Assembly: GCF_964188315.1 (NCBI RefSeq)
Contig: NC_135657.1
Coordinates: 78,926,001 to 78,990,000 of the forward strand
DNA from: Podarcis muralis
Taxonomy: Eukaryota
DNA length: 64,000 bases
Direction of reading: 5' to 3'
A program made the position numbers and the translations under genes. A model generated the notes under the pieces. That model made no database searches. It was given only the letters and a program-made list of their open reading frames with translations, and was not told the origin of the DNA. Below, one piece after another: positions 50,537 to 63,526 of the stretch; the first letter of the stretch is position 1; every line of letters starts with the position of its first letter.

Positions 50537-52659
50537 TATACCTGTGCTATAAATATCTGGAAAGGGATTCTTCAAATCCAGTCTACATTAATTCCCTTTT
50601 CAAGATTTGATCCAAAGCTGACAGACTTTTTTCCTGATGTTTAATCTGACAGGGGAGCAGTGCTTTTTTCCTTGTGGTACACGCAGGTACGCAGTACCGG
50701 CGCCTTTTTCCAAGTAACAGCACCACCTTAAAGCAGGAGAGCAGTTACTGGCAGCTGCTAAATCATCTGTGCCTTGGAAGTGTTTCCAAGATCCCCTTTC
50801 TCTGCTTCCCATCTCCTCCAGTTTCTTAGCATTGCTGGTGACAAAAAAACCCACACTCCTCACAGCTGCCAGCCCTGGCACCTTCTCGGTTTACTCAGCC
50901 AATCCCAGAAATTAACCCCCACCCCAGTCATTCCCCAAGTCAACCGTCTCCTCTGCCCACTCTAATTCATTATATGGAAGGTGACTGATGGCTGGTTTCT
51001 TGGTTGGTGGGTGAGCAGGTGGGGAGCAGTGACTGGCAACTCTGCAAGCCATTGGAGGCATGATTTGCAAAGACGGAAGGTGCCAGCAGCCAATGAGCTT
51101 TGAGAATGGAGGGGAAGGAACTGAGGGAAAGAAGTTGTGTAAGGAAAGCACTTCTAGTGCCTCATCCCACCACGCAGATACAGTTTCCCTCCCCTCTTCC
51201 CGCCTTGCTGCCAATCTCCTTGTGCGGCCATGTCACCAATGGAGATGCTGCAGGAGTGCGTGGGGTACTTCGCCTCAGCTGGCTACTAGGAGTGCTTCTT
51301 TGAGGAGGGAGGTGAGTGTGCCTTTGAGTGGTACAGTGAGTACCGACACCTTATTTTCTGGGGAGGGGGAGCACTGGATGGGAGAAAAACAATACCTCAA
51401 GAACCAGGTGATAGCAACCAGTATTTATCCACAAAGTTCATTTAAGGAGATAGGCTTTGTGTTTGGTTACACCAAACGGCCCTTTATTTAATTCTAGAGC
51501 CTGAAGATGAGGGCGTGGGGGTGTGGAATGACAGGAACAATTGTCCCTTCAGGACAACAGCTATGGGAACGATACAGCAGCAATATATCAGAGTGAAGGG
51601 AAGAGAAGGCAGGTGCACCCAGGCTTCTGAGAGAGAAAAGGCTTAGAAAGTGATGAACAGCCAGCAGGCTAAGATCAGAATAAATTAAAATTACCTCTTA
51701 AAGGCAATCCTGTACATTAAAAAAGAGAAAGATAAATGAGCTGTCATTTAGAAATGTAGGGTGCCAGAGATGTGGGTCTGGAGGAAACGCTTTCAGCTAC
51801 ACTGCTAGTATACTTGAGTGTTTAAAGGACGAAATTCTCCATAGAATCCTTATGTGCTCTTACCTGAAGGATGCTTCAAAATCTCTGTGTGTAAATTAAA
51901 AGACTTTCTCATTCCAGCGCTCCCTATTTGCCAAAAGACAGCGATCTTGGAAAGTTTGTCTCAGAGGGTTGTTTATATTTTGGACCCTGTGCAGGGGAAC
52001 TATGCTCACTGCCCTAAATCCTGTGCTGGTCACAGCCTTGGATTCAAACAGAAATCAAGGATGACTCGCACTCTGCCTTGTGCCTGCTTCTAGCCCAATT
52101 CACACACACTCTGGCTTTTGACTTTCTCCCTACCTACCAGATGAGGAAGGGGGTCCACCTATTTGCTCTCTGGCACAGAGCAACATCCTTTGCTATACAA
52201 ATGACAGTACTCAAGACCATTTATTCACCAAGAAAGTTGCCTAGCTCATTCAGCAATGGAACCCTCCATTAGATTTTAATCCAAGACCCAGTAATCAGAA
52301 GGGACTCGGGCATCATGCACGCTAACCCCCCCAAACTCACAACACTATATTAGTGAAAATAACGTTAAAATGCATTATATTGGTGAAAACCACAAAAATA
52401 TGTATATTAAGAGAAATGCACACTAAAACTATGACAAATGTTAAAAGAAAATTGCAACTGATGTTGAAATGTAGTAAGCTGAATGAGAAACTGAATCAGA
52501 AATTGACCAGTTTGCCCATCCCTGTATATGCTCTCAAAAAATAAGTCCCATTGAGTCAGTGGCGCTTAGTCTCAGGTAATGAAGTAAAGGATTGCAGACT
52601 GAACTATTAATCAGGAAGTCCTCTAATTGAATTTCACTACTGTCGTGAACTTACTAGGT

Positions 52660-52780
52660 AAAGGTAAAGGGACCCCTGACCATTAGGTCCAGTTGTGGCT
52701 GACTTTGGGGTTGCGGCACTCATCTCACTTTACTGGCCGAGGGAGCTGGCGTACAGCTTCCGGGTCATGTGGCCAGCATG
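52660..52780 (-). mobile_element. 5'-truncated Sauria SINE
   Basis: 3' 120 bp only. 11-bp TSD ACTTACTAGGT at 52649-52659 and 52781-52791. Confidence 0.9.
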
Positions 52781-52794
52781 ACTTACTAGGTGGC

Positions 52795-52935
52795 CTCTAT
52801 TTCAGCCTTGGTGCTCTCATCTGCCAAAATGGCAGATAACACCCTACCTTGCAGGGTGGTTGTCAGGATTACAGCTAGATAATGCATGTGAACTGCTTTG
52901 AACAGTTGACTGTGCTATACAGCTATTAAATATTA
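52795..52935 (+). mobile_element. MIR/CORE-like SINE fragment
   Basis: CTCATCTGCCAAAATGG...CCTACCTTGCAGGGTGGTTGTCAGGATT...AATGCATGTGAA core. Confidence 0.55.
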
Positions 52936-55832
52936 AGGTGGCTGTCCCAAAAGGAAGTGTGTGTCCTCTGAAAGTCTATTAAAACCAGGGTTTATTTTGT
53001 TCAGATTATTATCACTATTTACTGTTGAGCTGATTGCTTTCTTCTCTCTTCTCCATCCTTTTTTAAAAAAAACTTATTTTTTTCTCTTCATCCTGATCAC
53101 TCTTTATGGTGTTCTTTATTTTTTTTATTTTAAAAAAATCTCCCATGTCTTCTTTACCCCTTTCTCCTTTTGTTCTGTGTCTTCTGCAGGAGGGCTCCAG
53201 GTTCTTCATTCATTCTGCTACATCTTTTGTTGAAGCTGTTAGCAATGCCACCAGGTTTCCTTTGGAATCTGTGACAATAGTTTTGGGTTTCATTTAGGTC
53301 ACCTTAATAAACGACCACAGGTTTGGCCTTTTACAGGAGCAAGGTAAGGCCACAGCACATTGTTGTGCCCTTGGTCTTGTGGTGTTTCTTGTGGGAAATG
53401 AAAAGAGTTGGTAAAGCTTTCACTGTGTGAAGGCTGATCACTGCTAAAAAGCTTTTCTTCTCATCCCCTCTCTCTCTTTTCGTCCCTGAACTGTATTATC
53501 TATAATAGGACTGGCTGGAAGGTACAGTGCTCTGATCTTTTGTAGAGAAGTTATCAAGGTAATCTGTGCTGTTCCCTTTCTGAAGCCAGTTCTGTAATAA
53601 AATCAGGGGAAGGAGAAGCAGGAGAGAGAGTTCTGTGGGTGAGATCACTCCTTCCTTTTTAGGGCTTTCAAGGAACCCAAAAAAGTTTAGCTCCCTTCTG
53701 AGCACAGGTGACAGTTCACGTCTTCAGCAGTTCCTTGGCTTGTAACAAATTGAGGAGGCCTCCTTCCACACCCTAAGTTCTTTTATATATATACTTTTTC
53801 TAAAAAAGTGAATTGTTGCATCCTGAGCTGAACAAAGCTGATTGAGGCTAAGGCTCTGGGCAGGGTGCCCTTGAGAAAACTGTTAACCCTCCCTCTGAAC
53901 TCCAACATAAGACTATTATATCCAACCTGCTCTAGCTGACTTGAGACTTTCCCAGATTCTTAACTTCAGGGTGCTGCACTTGGTATCAAAATTGCACTGA
54001 ACAGATGTGACTTTGGGAAAACATTGTAGTGCTTTGCTTGGAAATTAGTGTAGGAGAATGGAAATTTCATGGTTACACTACCTATCCACTGGCTGTAGAG
54101 AAAGATCAAATTATTTCAAGCATTCATAGGAAGAATGCTTTCTGGTCAGATACTCTCTTACCATATCCTATTATTCTCTGTGTTTAAATATACTTGACAA
54201 ACATATCCAATAGACGATTCTCTTCAGCATTTATTAGAGGTGTGCATCTGTATGTACCCCAAAGAATGTATGTACTCCTAACATTCCTGAGTCAGATCAC
54301 ATTGTTAATGAGGCCTATTGAGGCAATTCAGGGAATCCCTAATCTTACCAGTAGCTTTGTTCCTCGGGTTTCCCCCAAAATTTAAGCACATTATCTTTTC
54401 CCCTCACCTTGTGTTTTCTGGGAAACAAACCCAAGCTGACTGGGGAAATGCCCACAGTTAAAGAGAGGAGGTGATGTAAAGAAGTGATCTTTCTTTTGAT
54501 GGACAGGTCTATGCTTTATTGAGTTGTCTTTAGCATTGGTAGGGCAGAAGGCAAGGAGGCCAACAGTAGGTGGTGCCAGAGCCAATAATAGACAGAGCCA
54601 ACTACCGGTAATTCTGTTTCTGTCTCCATCTTCGTCCCTGCTGACTTCTACAATGGCAACACTGAGTCTGAGGAGGAGGAAGCTGACAGGTATTGTCACC
54701 CCTTGCACTGATTGTGAGTAAGGCTATAGGCAGGTGGGGGGCTTGGTGGGACAGTGCCTCCCTTGCCCTAATGGACCAGCCTCCAGTTTCCTGAGTAATT
54801 ATTTTATGCATTAGGAGGACAGGGTGGAAATTGAAGTATGATAAATAAATATATCCATTGCATGCTTGCATGAAATAAAAGCCACATTTTTTTGTATCTT
54901 TATTCTTTCGTTTGTTTCTAAGCCTAGAAAGTTCTCATTATTCTTTGCTGACAGCTGTGCTAAAATACTGTACTGTACGCTCAACTTGTAGGTGATCTTA
55001 GGTGACAGCATTCATCTTCACAGAGCAATGTGTTCCTCACATTGCCATTATAGATTTGCACTTGAGTGTTCTGTTGGAGTTGTTTTGACCACTGTATTAA
55101 ATGGATACAAATTTCAGATTGGCCTTTTTCTTTCTCGTGGCTGACCTGCTATTGTTATATGAAGCTATGATACTGGACAAATTTCTCAAAAGTTACTACA
55201 GCCAACCTTATCTTATTACTTATAACTATTGATTTCTGGAGATTGGATTTCTTATATTTACATTAAGTTCACAATTTTTTACTTCTGGCAGTATTGACTA
55301 GCTCTTAATTTGCAGATGTTTCTTAACACTGCATGGTAGGCAGGCAGTTGCATAGCATAGCATAGCATAGCATAGTTTGTTTGTTTGTTTGTTTGTTTAT
55401 CCTTGACTAGCATGCATAGGTTCTCTGTGTCAATGCATACCTTGAACCTGAAACCCAAGACCTTGGGTAGTTGTGGTGGGATGACTTTTGAATGCACCAT
55501 CTTTTCTCTGTGGCTGATGAAGGTGACTTCAGGAACTGTGTGAGGCTGCAGCCACTGATAACCTTAAGCCCAGTGATTTGTATGCACAAGTATCCTCACA
55601 CTATAATCTGTTTCAGCCTACTGGCTTTGTGCTTCCTCTCCCTTGATCTGTGTCTGAGTAACTCACGATGAGAAGTTATCCAGCTTCCCAAATGGTGCTA
55701 CTTTCCTGTTTGTCATCAGCATTTTGCTCACCACTTGCTGTTTTTTCTCTGGTTGGATTATCTGGTTGTGACCTTGAACTCACTTGCTTTTCTTGTACAT
55801 TTCCTGGTTCCTGATAACCAACTATGACTTAC

Positions 55833-56601
55833 TGTTCTGTCCCAGGCAGCAGATGCAGGGCAGGGGTCATTCCCAAGTGATGGGTGTGTGCGCACTGGAC
55901 ACAGATTCAAGGGATGGAAGGTCAGGCACCGCCAGTCCCAATTCATGATTCGGAGGTCAAGTTCAAGCAGGGCAAGGCTGAATGAGCTGTGTGGGTCCAA
56001 TTAGGAGGGTCACGTTCCAGTGAGGTCTGTCAAACAAAGCAGAGAGTGGATCACAGAAGTGAAGTCGGCAGAGAGGCAAACAAGCAAAGCAGGTAGCACT
56101 CTGGACAGCTCCCAGTGAAGTTTAGACTAGACATCCAATAAACCAGGTTTGAATACTGCTCCAACAACCAGTTGGAACCTTAAGTAGGACTGCAGCTTTC
56201 TGTGGGCAGCTAAGCACATCCCTGATGAGTGGAGTATCTTCTCTTAATGGGCTCAGCCATTTACTTGAGTGGCATGAGGAGCAGGTTTCTGCTGAGGCCT
56301 CAGGGTCTGACAAAGGCAGTGCAACCTCTTCAGGTCAAAGAGGCATTATAGGCTCCTCTGGTGCTAGAAATGCCAAGGACATCAAAGACTGGTTCTGAGA
56401 CCCAACTCTCCTCCTGGTCCAAGATGTCCTCTGAATCCGTGGTCTCCTCCCTTGAGGATAAATCCTGGATCACGATGGCACTTTCCAAGTCTGTTTCTGT
56501 CCATTCCTACCTACTGCTTCTTGCTCTATGATTCATCAGAACTTTTTGACTTGCAGACACTGCTTTCCAAGGGGACCCAAATCTAAGATCTCTGCATGAC
56601 T
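55833..56601 (-). mobile_element. Solo-LTR-like repeat (~770 bp)
   Basis: Minus strand ends ...GGGACAGAACA, with architecture like the 33.4/40.2k repeat. TSD not found. Confidence 0.4.
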
Positions 56602-56675
56602 GAGCCCCTCTCTACCCCCTGATTCAATAAAATGAAGCGCTTGAAGGCATTAGGTTAGAAGTAATATATTTTGTT

Positions 56676-57023
56676 GGGATGCGGGTGGCGCTGTGGGTTA
56701 AACCACTGAGCCTAGGGCTTGTCGATCAGAAGGTCAGCGGTTCGAATCCCCACGATGGGGTGAGCTCCCGTTGCTCTCTCCCAGCTCCTGCCAACCTAGC
56801 AGTTCAAAAGCATATCAAAGTGCAAGTAGATAAATAGGTACCGCTCCGGCAGAAAGGTAAACGGTGTTTCCGTGCACTGCTCTGGTTTGCCAGAAGCGGC
56901 TTAGTCATGCTGGCCACATGATCCGGAAGCTGTACGCCGGCTCCCTTGGCCAGTAAAGTGAGATGAGCGCAGCGACCCCAGAGTCGTCCGTGACTGGACC
57001 TATAGGTCAGGGGTCCCTTTACC
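56676..57023 (+). mobile_element. Sauria SINE, full length
   Basis: Matches the 50167 copy. 14-bp TSD TAATATATTTTGTT at 56662-56675 and 57024-57037. Confidence 0.95.
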
Positions 57024-57596
57024 TAATATATTTTGTTATTTTTAAGCTGTGTTCTTACAAGTTTGTGCTCAGCAGATTTTAGCACAGTAAGTTCTCAGCC
57101 TATGTGGGGGTAACGTTCCAGGAACTGTGCCTAAAGCCAAAATTGGTACACACAACTCTGGCTTCCAACAGAGTGGAAGAGCCAGGAGACTTAGGAAGAG
57201 CTGTGTGGAGCTGTGGTGGCTGTCACTGCTGCCCCATCACAATCTTGCATCTGCTACTTTAGACGGCTGTACAGTCTGTCAAGTGGTATGGAGAGCCTTG
57301 AAAGAGAGATAAGAGTGGTTAGGATTAGAATTAATGGATTAGATTAGAGAGTATGATGAAGATAAAGCAAACATTTAGGGAGTTGAATCGACTACTTAGG
57401 TCAATTCTTTATTGTGTCCACATTTTATCATCTGTCTCTACACGAGCGGCCATGGAGCTATAATTAAGAGGGAGGTGAAGCAAGGAATTCTATTTTAGGG
57501 CCTGCTTGGGCCATAGCCTTTAACAAATGTCTGTGAAAGCAAATGACTCAGAAAGAAGGAACTCACAACTTAATGGATTTTCCTCTGGGGACACAC

Positions 57597-57599
<3 letters not shown>

Positions 57600-57649
<50 letters not shown>
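57600..57649. repeat. (CA)n microsatellite
   Basis: Seen directly. Confidence 0.95.
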
Positions 57650-57652
<3 letters not shown>

Positions 57653-58204
57653 CACAGATGCCACTCTCCAGCTGGGCTTGAAAGGGAAGTCCTGGTGTTT
57701 GAAGATGTTCGGCAGATTAAGGGATTAAACAGAAAAGGCCCCATTGCAGCATTTTCCTATTCCAGCTGGTGCTCTGTTGCTGTAGAAAGTTATCTTGCTG
57801 GAGAAAGAGAGATGGTATAGAAGGTAATGATTTGAGCCCTTTAATGTTAATAAATTCTGCAAAAACATTTTTCTACTGCAGGTAAACTACATTACAGTAA
57901 TATCCATTGCTACCTTTACATTAAGAGGAAGAATGTGCTATTACTAGGGAGCAGGAAGGCACCAGAAAACTGCATAAAGCTGGGCAAATAAGCCATTTGT
58001 TCATGTGAGGCAACATTCTTTCCAACTATAAATTAGCTGGATTTTTAAATATTGAAACTGAAGGTTGGACATGATACAATTATGAGTGGGGTGAGGGACA
58101 ATGTAAGTATGGGTAGATTATATGGGAGGACTTTAAATGTGCCTTTTGCTTTAAGGGACATTTTAATTAAACCTTCCTATTTAAGATATTTTTAACATAA
58201 ATAT

Positions 58205-58463
58205 ATGCATACGGCACCACATAGAATGTGCTACCGTCATTCAAACAAGATGTACCTAAAGCATGCATCACTGTGCCCAGATTTAACATTTACAGGAATG
58301 CGTAGAGTTGGCGCACTTGTCTCAGCTGAGCAAAAGTTGTCTTGGCCTCCTCTGCAAACTGGGCATTCAGACTCAGGCCTGAATCAAAGAGTGCACCAAA
58401 ACTGCAAACTTGGGTCTTCAAAGTTGGTGCAACCCTATTTAGCATAGGAGTGGAACTGAACTT
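58205..58463 (-). mobile_element. Old L2 RT fragment, interrupted by the truncated L1
   Basis: LNRVAPTLKTQVCSFGALFDSGLSLNAQ...FAQLRQVRQL resembles L2 LDGV.LPLK.QVRSLGV.LD..L.L.AQ. Confidence 0.7.
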
Positions 58464-58479
58464 TGAAAGCCAGAGGATG

Positions 58480-59395
58480 AAGTTTACGGCATGTAATGCC
58501 TTGAAAGAAAACATTATGAAAATGATATACCGGTGATACATTACCCCAGTCAAGTTAGCTAAGATATATCACCTGTCTGATAATAAATGTTGGAAATGTA
58601 AGGAGGCAGAAGGGACATTCTTCCATCTTTGGTGGACCTGCCCAAAAGTGAAGGCCTACTGGGAAATGATTTATAACGAGTTAAAAAAGGTATTTAGGTA
58701 TACCTTTCCCAAGAAACCAGAGGCCTTCCTATTGGGCATGGTGGACCAGAAGGTGTTAAAGAAGGACAGAACTTTGTTTATGTATGCTACCACAGCAGCA
58801 AGAATTCTTATTGCAAAGCATTGGAAGACTCAAGATTTACCCACGCTGGAGGAGTGGCAGACGCAGTTGATGGACTATATGGAACTGGCTGAAATGACTG
58901 GCAGAATCCGAGATTTGGGCGAGGAAACAATGGAAGAGGACTGGAAAAAACTTAAGGACTATTTGCAAAAACATTATAAGTTGTACGAATGTTAAGAATA
59001 CGCACGACTAGGAAATTTTTGCTTTAGCAACTTGATTAGGTAAATTGAAAATTAAGTGACAAGAAAAAAGAGGGTGTAACATGAAACAACTTTATTATGC
59101 TTATTTTAAATGTACAAAATTGGGATACAATATTGTGAACTTAGAAACATAATAACTGAAAGACACAGTAAGTTAAGAAACAAGGTAACAAATTGCTGAG
59201 ACTTTTATTGCAAAGAACGCAGAGTCTGGAGGATGTGGGGAAGTCCATTTGGAATATTGGAAAAATTATTGAAAGTTGGATTGTAATAACCTTTTTATTA
59301 TCTTTTTTTGCCTTTTTTCTTTTTTCTTCTTCTTTCTATTCTGTGTTTATGATCATAAGAAAAGAAACTTAATAAAAAGTATTTAAAAAAAAAAA
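58480..59395 (+). mobile_element. 5'-truncated L1 copy (ORF2 C-terminus + 3'UTR), sister subfamily
   Basis: Peptide KFTACNALKEN...CWKC...HLWWTC...KKPEAFLLG closely matches the full-length ORF2. In-frame TGA at 58534. AATAAA 59371, A11 tail, TSD TGAAAGCCAGAGGATG at 58464-58479 and 59396-59411. Confidence 0.95.
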
Positions 59396-60496
59396 TGAAA
59401 GCCAGAGGATGTAGTTTTTGTTGAGACCATGGGATCATGCCTGAAGGGTCCCCAAACGCTGCAGTGCGAATAAAATTGCCTGCCTGCCTGCTATTGTATT
59501 TTTTTAAAAACATTGACATACTGTCTAATGATCATTTAGCATCATGCCCCCTTACCAATGCTATTCCTGCTCAGTTCAGAAATAACAGGGTAGCTGAGGT
59601 TCTGTATGGAAAATTGGATGTGTTCAGCTGACTCTCCAATAGTGGATTTGGCCTTATTTCTCTTTGGAAGCAAGGGGAATGTGTTTATTTTCTGGCCACT
59701 GAGTTGCTTTTCGTAAATGGAATTGCACTTAGAAGCTTGGGAATAGTCTATTGGTTTGTGTTTCATTTTCACATTCTCTCCCTCCCTCTAACTTTCTCTT
59801 TTATTCCTCTTCAGTCTTTCACTAATGGTTAGAGAAAGTATTCTAAGCTACAAAGTTGATTTTGTTTTTCTAATTAGGAAGAATTAACTCATTCTTCCCT
59901 ATATGTTAAAGACTCTGAGGGACATAGTAATAAAAGTAAAATTACTTTATGTGTTTGTAAGAGTTTGACAGAACAAAAAATTGGCGGGGAGTGCCTGATT
60001 TTTCCTCACTTACTTAACTTACGAAATGGACTCTTTCAAACTCCAGCTAAATCTCTTGCCTTTCTGAATGTAAAATCAACCCAATAATGTGGTGTAATGG
60101 ACAAAAGGAAAGAAATGCACAATCCACACTCTCCATTCTTTATAAATGTAAACAGAAGTTGTTTTGAAAGTGCCATTCAGAAGGTAGCTCTATAGAAAGC
60201 TAAAAGCACTTTAATTGTACTAACAGATACTGTATGAGCAAAGACCATTAGTTTATCCCCTGCTAGCACAGCAGACAGACAGCCTGGTCCAGTAATCTGT
60301 TCTGATCATAAATGCTGTGATGTGTGCCTGAAACTCATCAGCATAGAAATGCTTACCCATTCATTTCCATAGAAGGAACTGACTTTTTTGGTACACCCTC
60401 CTTTGCAGCACAGCTTTGCTCTCCCCGCTAAAATGAATGAGGACCTCTTTAGTCCAGGGGCTTCCTGTGCATAGCTGATGAATTGTTCGTTGGTGG

Positions 60497-60708
60497 CATT
60501 TGTATCCCACCCTTTCCCTCGAAGAAGATCAAAGGGGTGTACATAGTTCTTCCTCTCTTCATTTAACTCCCTGCAACAACCCTGTGAAGTAGGTTAGGCT
60601 GGGAGGCAGCCCAAGGTCACCCAGTGAGCTTCATGACCAAGCGGGGATTTGAACCCTGGTCTCCCAGACCTATTCTGACACTCTAACCACTACAATGCAC
60701 CGGCTCTC
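60497..60708 (-). mobile_element. Older tRNA/CORE-type SINE
   Basis: Reverse of the 9683 family (CCCAAGGTCACCCAGTGAGCTTCATG, GGGATTTGAACCCTGG). Confidence 0.7.
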
Positions 60709-62560
60709 TCACCAGAAACGCCACACTTGTATTGGAATGTATTATCTTTAGGAGCTAATATAATCTCCGTACGGTATTCCTGAATGCAACTGTAGCACAG
60801 ACTATTTTATTTAACAAAATTTATAAACTGCTGGATGTAGTAAAATCTCTAAATGGTTTTACAAGCTATGGCAGATTGTCCATTGAACATACACATTTGT
60901 CTTGGTATTCTCCCTGCCCCCCATAGCACACAACACACATCTGTTTGTTTAGATAAGTTCTTAGTTTAGCACTGAGACTTGGAGCATGTCTGCCACGTAT
61001 TGTTATTTCATTCCAGTGCAACTTCCTTTCACTCCGGGCCATGTTTACTCCTTCCGTGCTCCTAAATAAGCCACATGCTAAGGATCCAAATGCTGCACAT
61101 TATGTGCACTTCTTGTAGAACAGGATGGTTTTTGTTAATTAATTAATTGTAAAAATATTTATACACTGCTAAATCATAAAAATATATGCATCATCATCAT
61201 CATCATCATCATCATTACAGCTAATCCTCTCCCTACATTTTTTAATCAAGGTGGGTGTTTCTTTGGTTCAAGGGTGCCTGAGAACTGTCAGATTTTCTTC
61301 TGTGAAATGGGTATTTTGTTGGTCCCACAACAGTTCCTTAATTTTCCAAATGTGCACATAAGTCGAAAAAAGGTGGGGAACCCCTGATAAAGCACTTAGT
61401 GCCTCCCATTTCCCAATTGATATTTCATTATTTCATTGCTATCTCATTTCCAGCATGGAAAAGCAGTTTAATGCTATTTCCATTTTATAACAAACATGCT
61501 TGTTCAAGGTCACTATGCAAATGCAGGGCTGAAATAAAATTATAAATCGATTGGGTGCTTCATTCAGTATATTGCTTATCCAGAGTCTGTACCAAATGGG
61601 GTGTGGCTGGATTGTGGAAAGTCTGTTTGACATATATGCAACACCATCGTTTGCCAGACACCTTTGTTTTGGGAATACCTCAAAACTTGGCAGCATGGGC
61701 AGGGGATGATAATTTAACACTTATTCCATGCTAGACTGAGATAGGCAACAGCAGGAGAACTGATGCCTTTTCAGCATTTGTATTCACAGTTGAGATAAAG
61801 TTCATTGCTTCATTAAAGGTGCTTGTTTCAAGTTGCTCTCCATCAATCTTCATCGGCGACAGCCTGCGTGGGTGCAGCCTGCTGTATATGTCAGTTCTTG
61901 TGCAGCTACAGGTTCCTGACCTGAAAATATCAGCTGGACCTGGAACAACTGCAGTGTGCAATCTCCGACAAGCGTTTTTGGCCTGCCTGCCTGCGGTGCG
62001 ACTGTCTCATCACACCCTCTGCAGAAAAACATTTTGTCATCCCACAGTTTGTGGACAGCTTCACTAAAGGGGGACTCAGGAATGCGAAAGGGAAAGCAGC
62101 AACTCATTTCCCAGGAGGTCCAAAAATGTGTGTGTCTAAGGACAAAGAGTGACACATAAGAATGAGGTGTCAGTCTAGTACTGTGATGGTATCAGCAATC
62201 ACACATTCCTGCAATGCGGTGTTTAATGGTTTTCAGCTCATCAAATGTTCAACTGCTGTGTCTGATGGGAGTTGTAGTCCAAAACATCTGGATGGCACCA
62301 GGCTGGTGATGGCTGCTCCAGCCTGGCCAGCTACTCAGAGGTGACTCTGATACCCACCCACTCTGCAAAGCTTGCTGTCTTCTCCTTCTTCATGAGGAAA
62401 GTAAGGGACAGGCTAGGAGTGACTAGTAAGCTGAACTCAAGATTTAGACCTCTAGTCCATGTTTTATGGACTGCTGTATTCTGCTTCATGCAGATTGATT
62501 AAACTAGAGGCTATCTTTAGATGAAACTGGTTTTATTCAATGTACATTGCCACTCTAGAC

Positions 62561-63166
62561 CATAGCTGTCAACTTACAGATTTGAAAATAAGAGACCAGC
62601 AGCCTTGAAAATAAGGGACCAGCAGCCAAAATAAGGGATCTGCAGCCTCACCTGTTCCAGGCACTCCAGTCTTCCTGTCCTCCTGCAGTCTGGTCAAACT
62701 CATGCTGGTAGCTTCGAGAACACTGCCCAACCAACTTTGTAACCAGAGGTTCAACTGAATAGAATCTGAATCACATGCACCACAAGGCCTATGCAGCCTC
62801 AACTTAAGATGGTTCCCTGGCCTGGCTTTGCACTGCAAAGTTTGCAGCAGCACATGCAACAAAATGGCATCCAGCATTCAAAAAACTCCTCAGCTTGCAT
62901 TAACTAGCCACACACAAGGCATGCAAGCTCCACCCCCCAGTCGTTCTTAGACTTCTTATTGGGTGAGCAACACAGCCAAGCAACACAGTTGGAGCCTCCC
63001 TCCTCCCTGGCTGGCAGGGAGGGAGGGAGAGGAGCTGCTTCCTTTGAAATTTAAGGGACATCATTTAAGGGACATTTAAGGGACATCTATCAATAAGGGA
63101 CAGCAGCGGGACATGGCGCTGGAATAAGGGACTGTCCCTTCAAATAAGGGACACTTGACAGCTATG
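62561..63166. mobile_element. hAT MITE
   Basis: 12-bp TIR CATAGCTGTCAA/TTGACAGCTATG. 8-bp TSD CTCTAGAC/CTCTGGAC. Repeated AATAAGGGAC subterminal motifs. Confidence 0.9.
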
Positions 63167-63511
63167 CTCTGGACTACTCCTGATTCAGCTGGTTAGGTCT
63201 GTCTAGAACTGGTTTCATGAGGTGACATAGTTGCCCTTAATGCTTCCTTTGTGTGCAGCGTCATGGCATTTTTCTTCATAAAATCTCTGAGGAGGTTGGA
63301 TTGAATGTGCAGGAGAGAAACACACACTAATATGGGAGGGGAAAGAGGGGATTTTAGATCAGACTGCTAAACTTGGATTTATATTTATTCTGATGTTTAC
63401 TTCGTTTTCTCTTGGACCATCATATTCCCTAGGATTAGAATAGTTGAAGCTTCAGATAAACTGGTTTGAGCCATGGTTGCTAATGTTATAGATTGGATGC
63501 CTGGCAAGCGG

Positions 63512-63526
63512 GAGCGCCATCTAGCA
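63512..63526 (-). promoter_or_regulatory. CTCF-type motif
   Basis: Minus strand TGCTAGATGGCGCTC. Confidence 0.4.

Noticed and set aside
54524-54790. Apparent exon (ADFYNGNTESEEEEAD|gt)
   Set aside because: In-frame stops just upstream and no good acceptor. The segment resembles a MITE ending ...GGACCAGCCTCCA.
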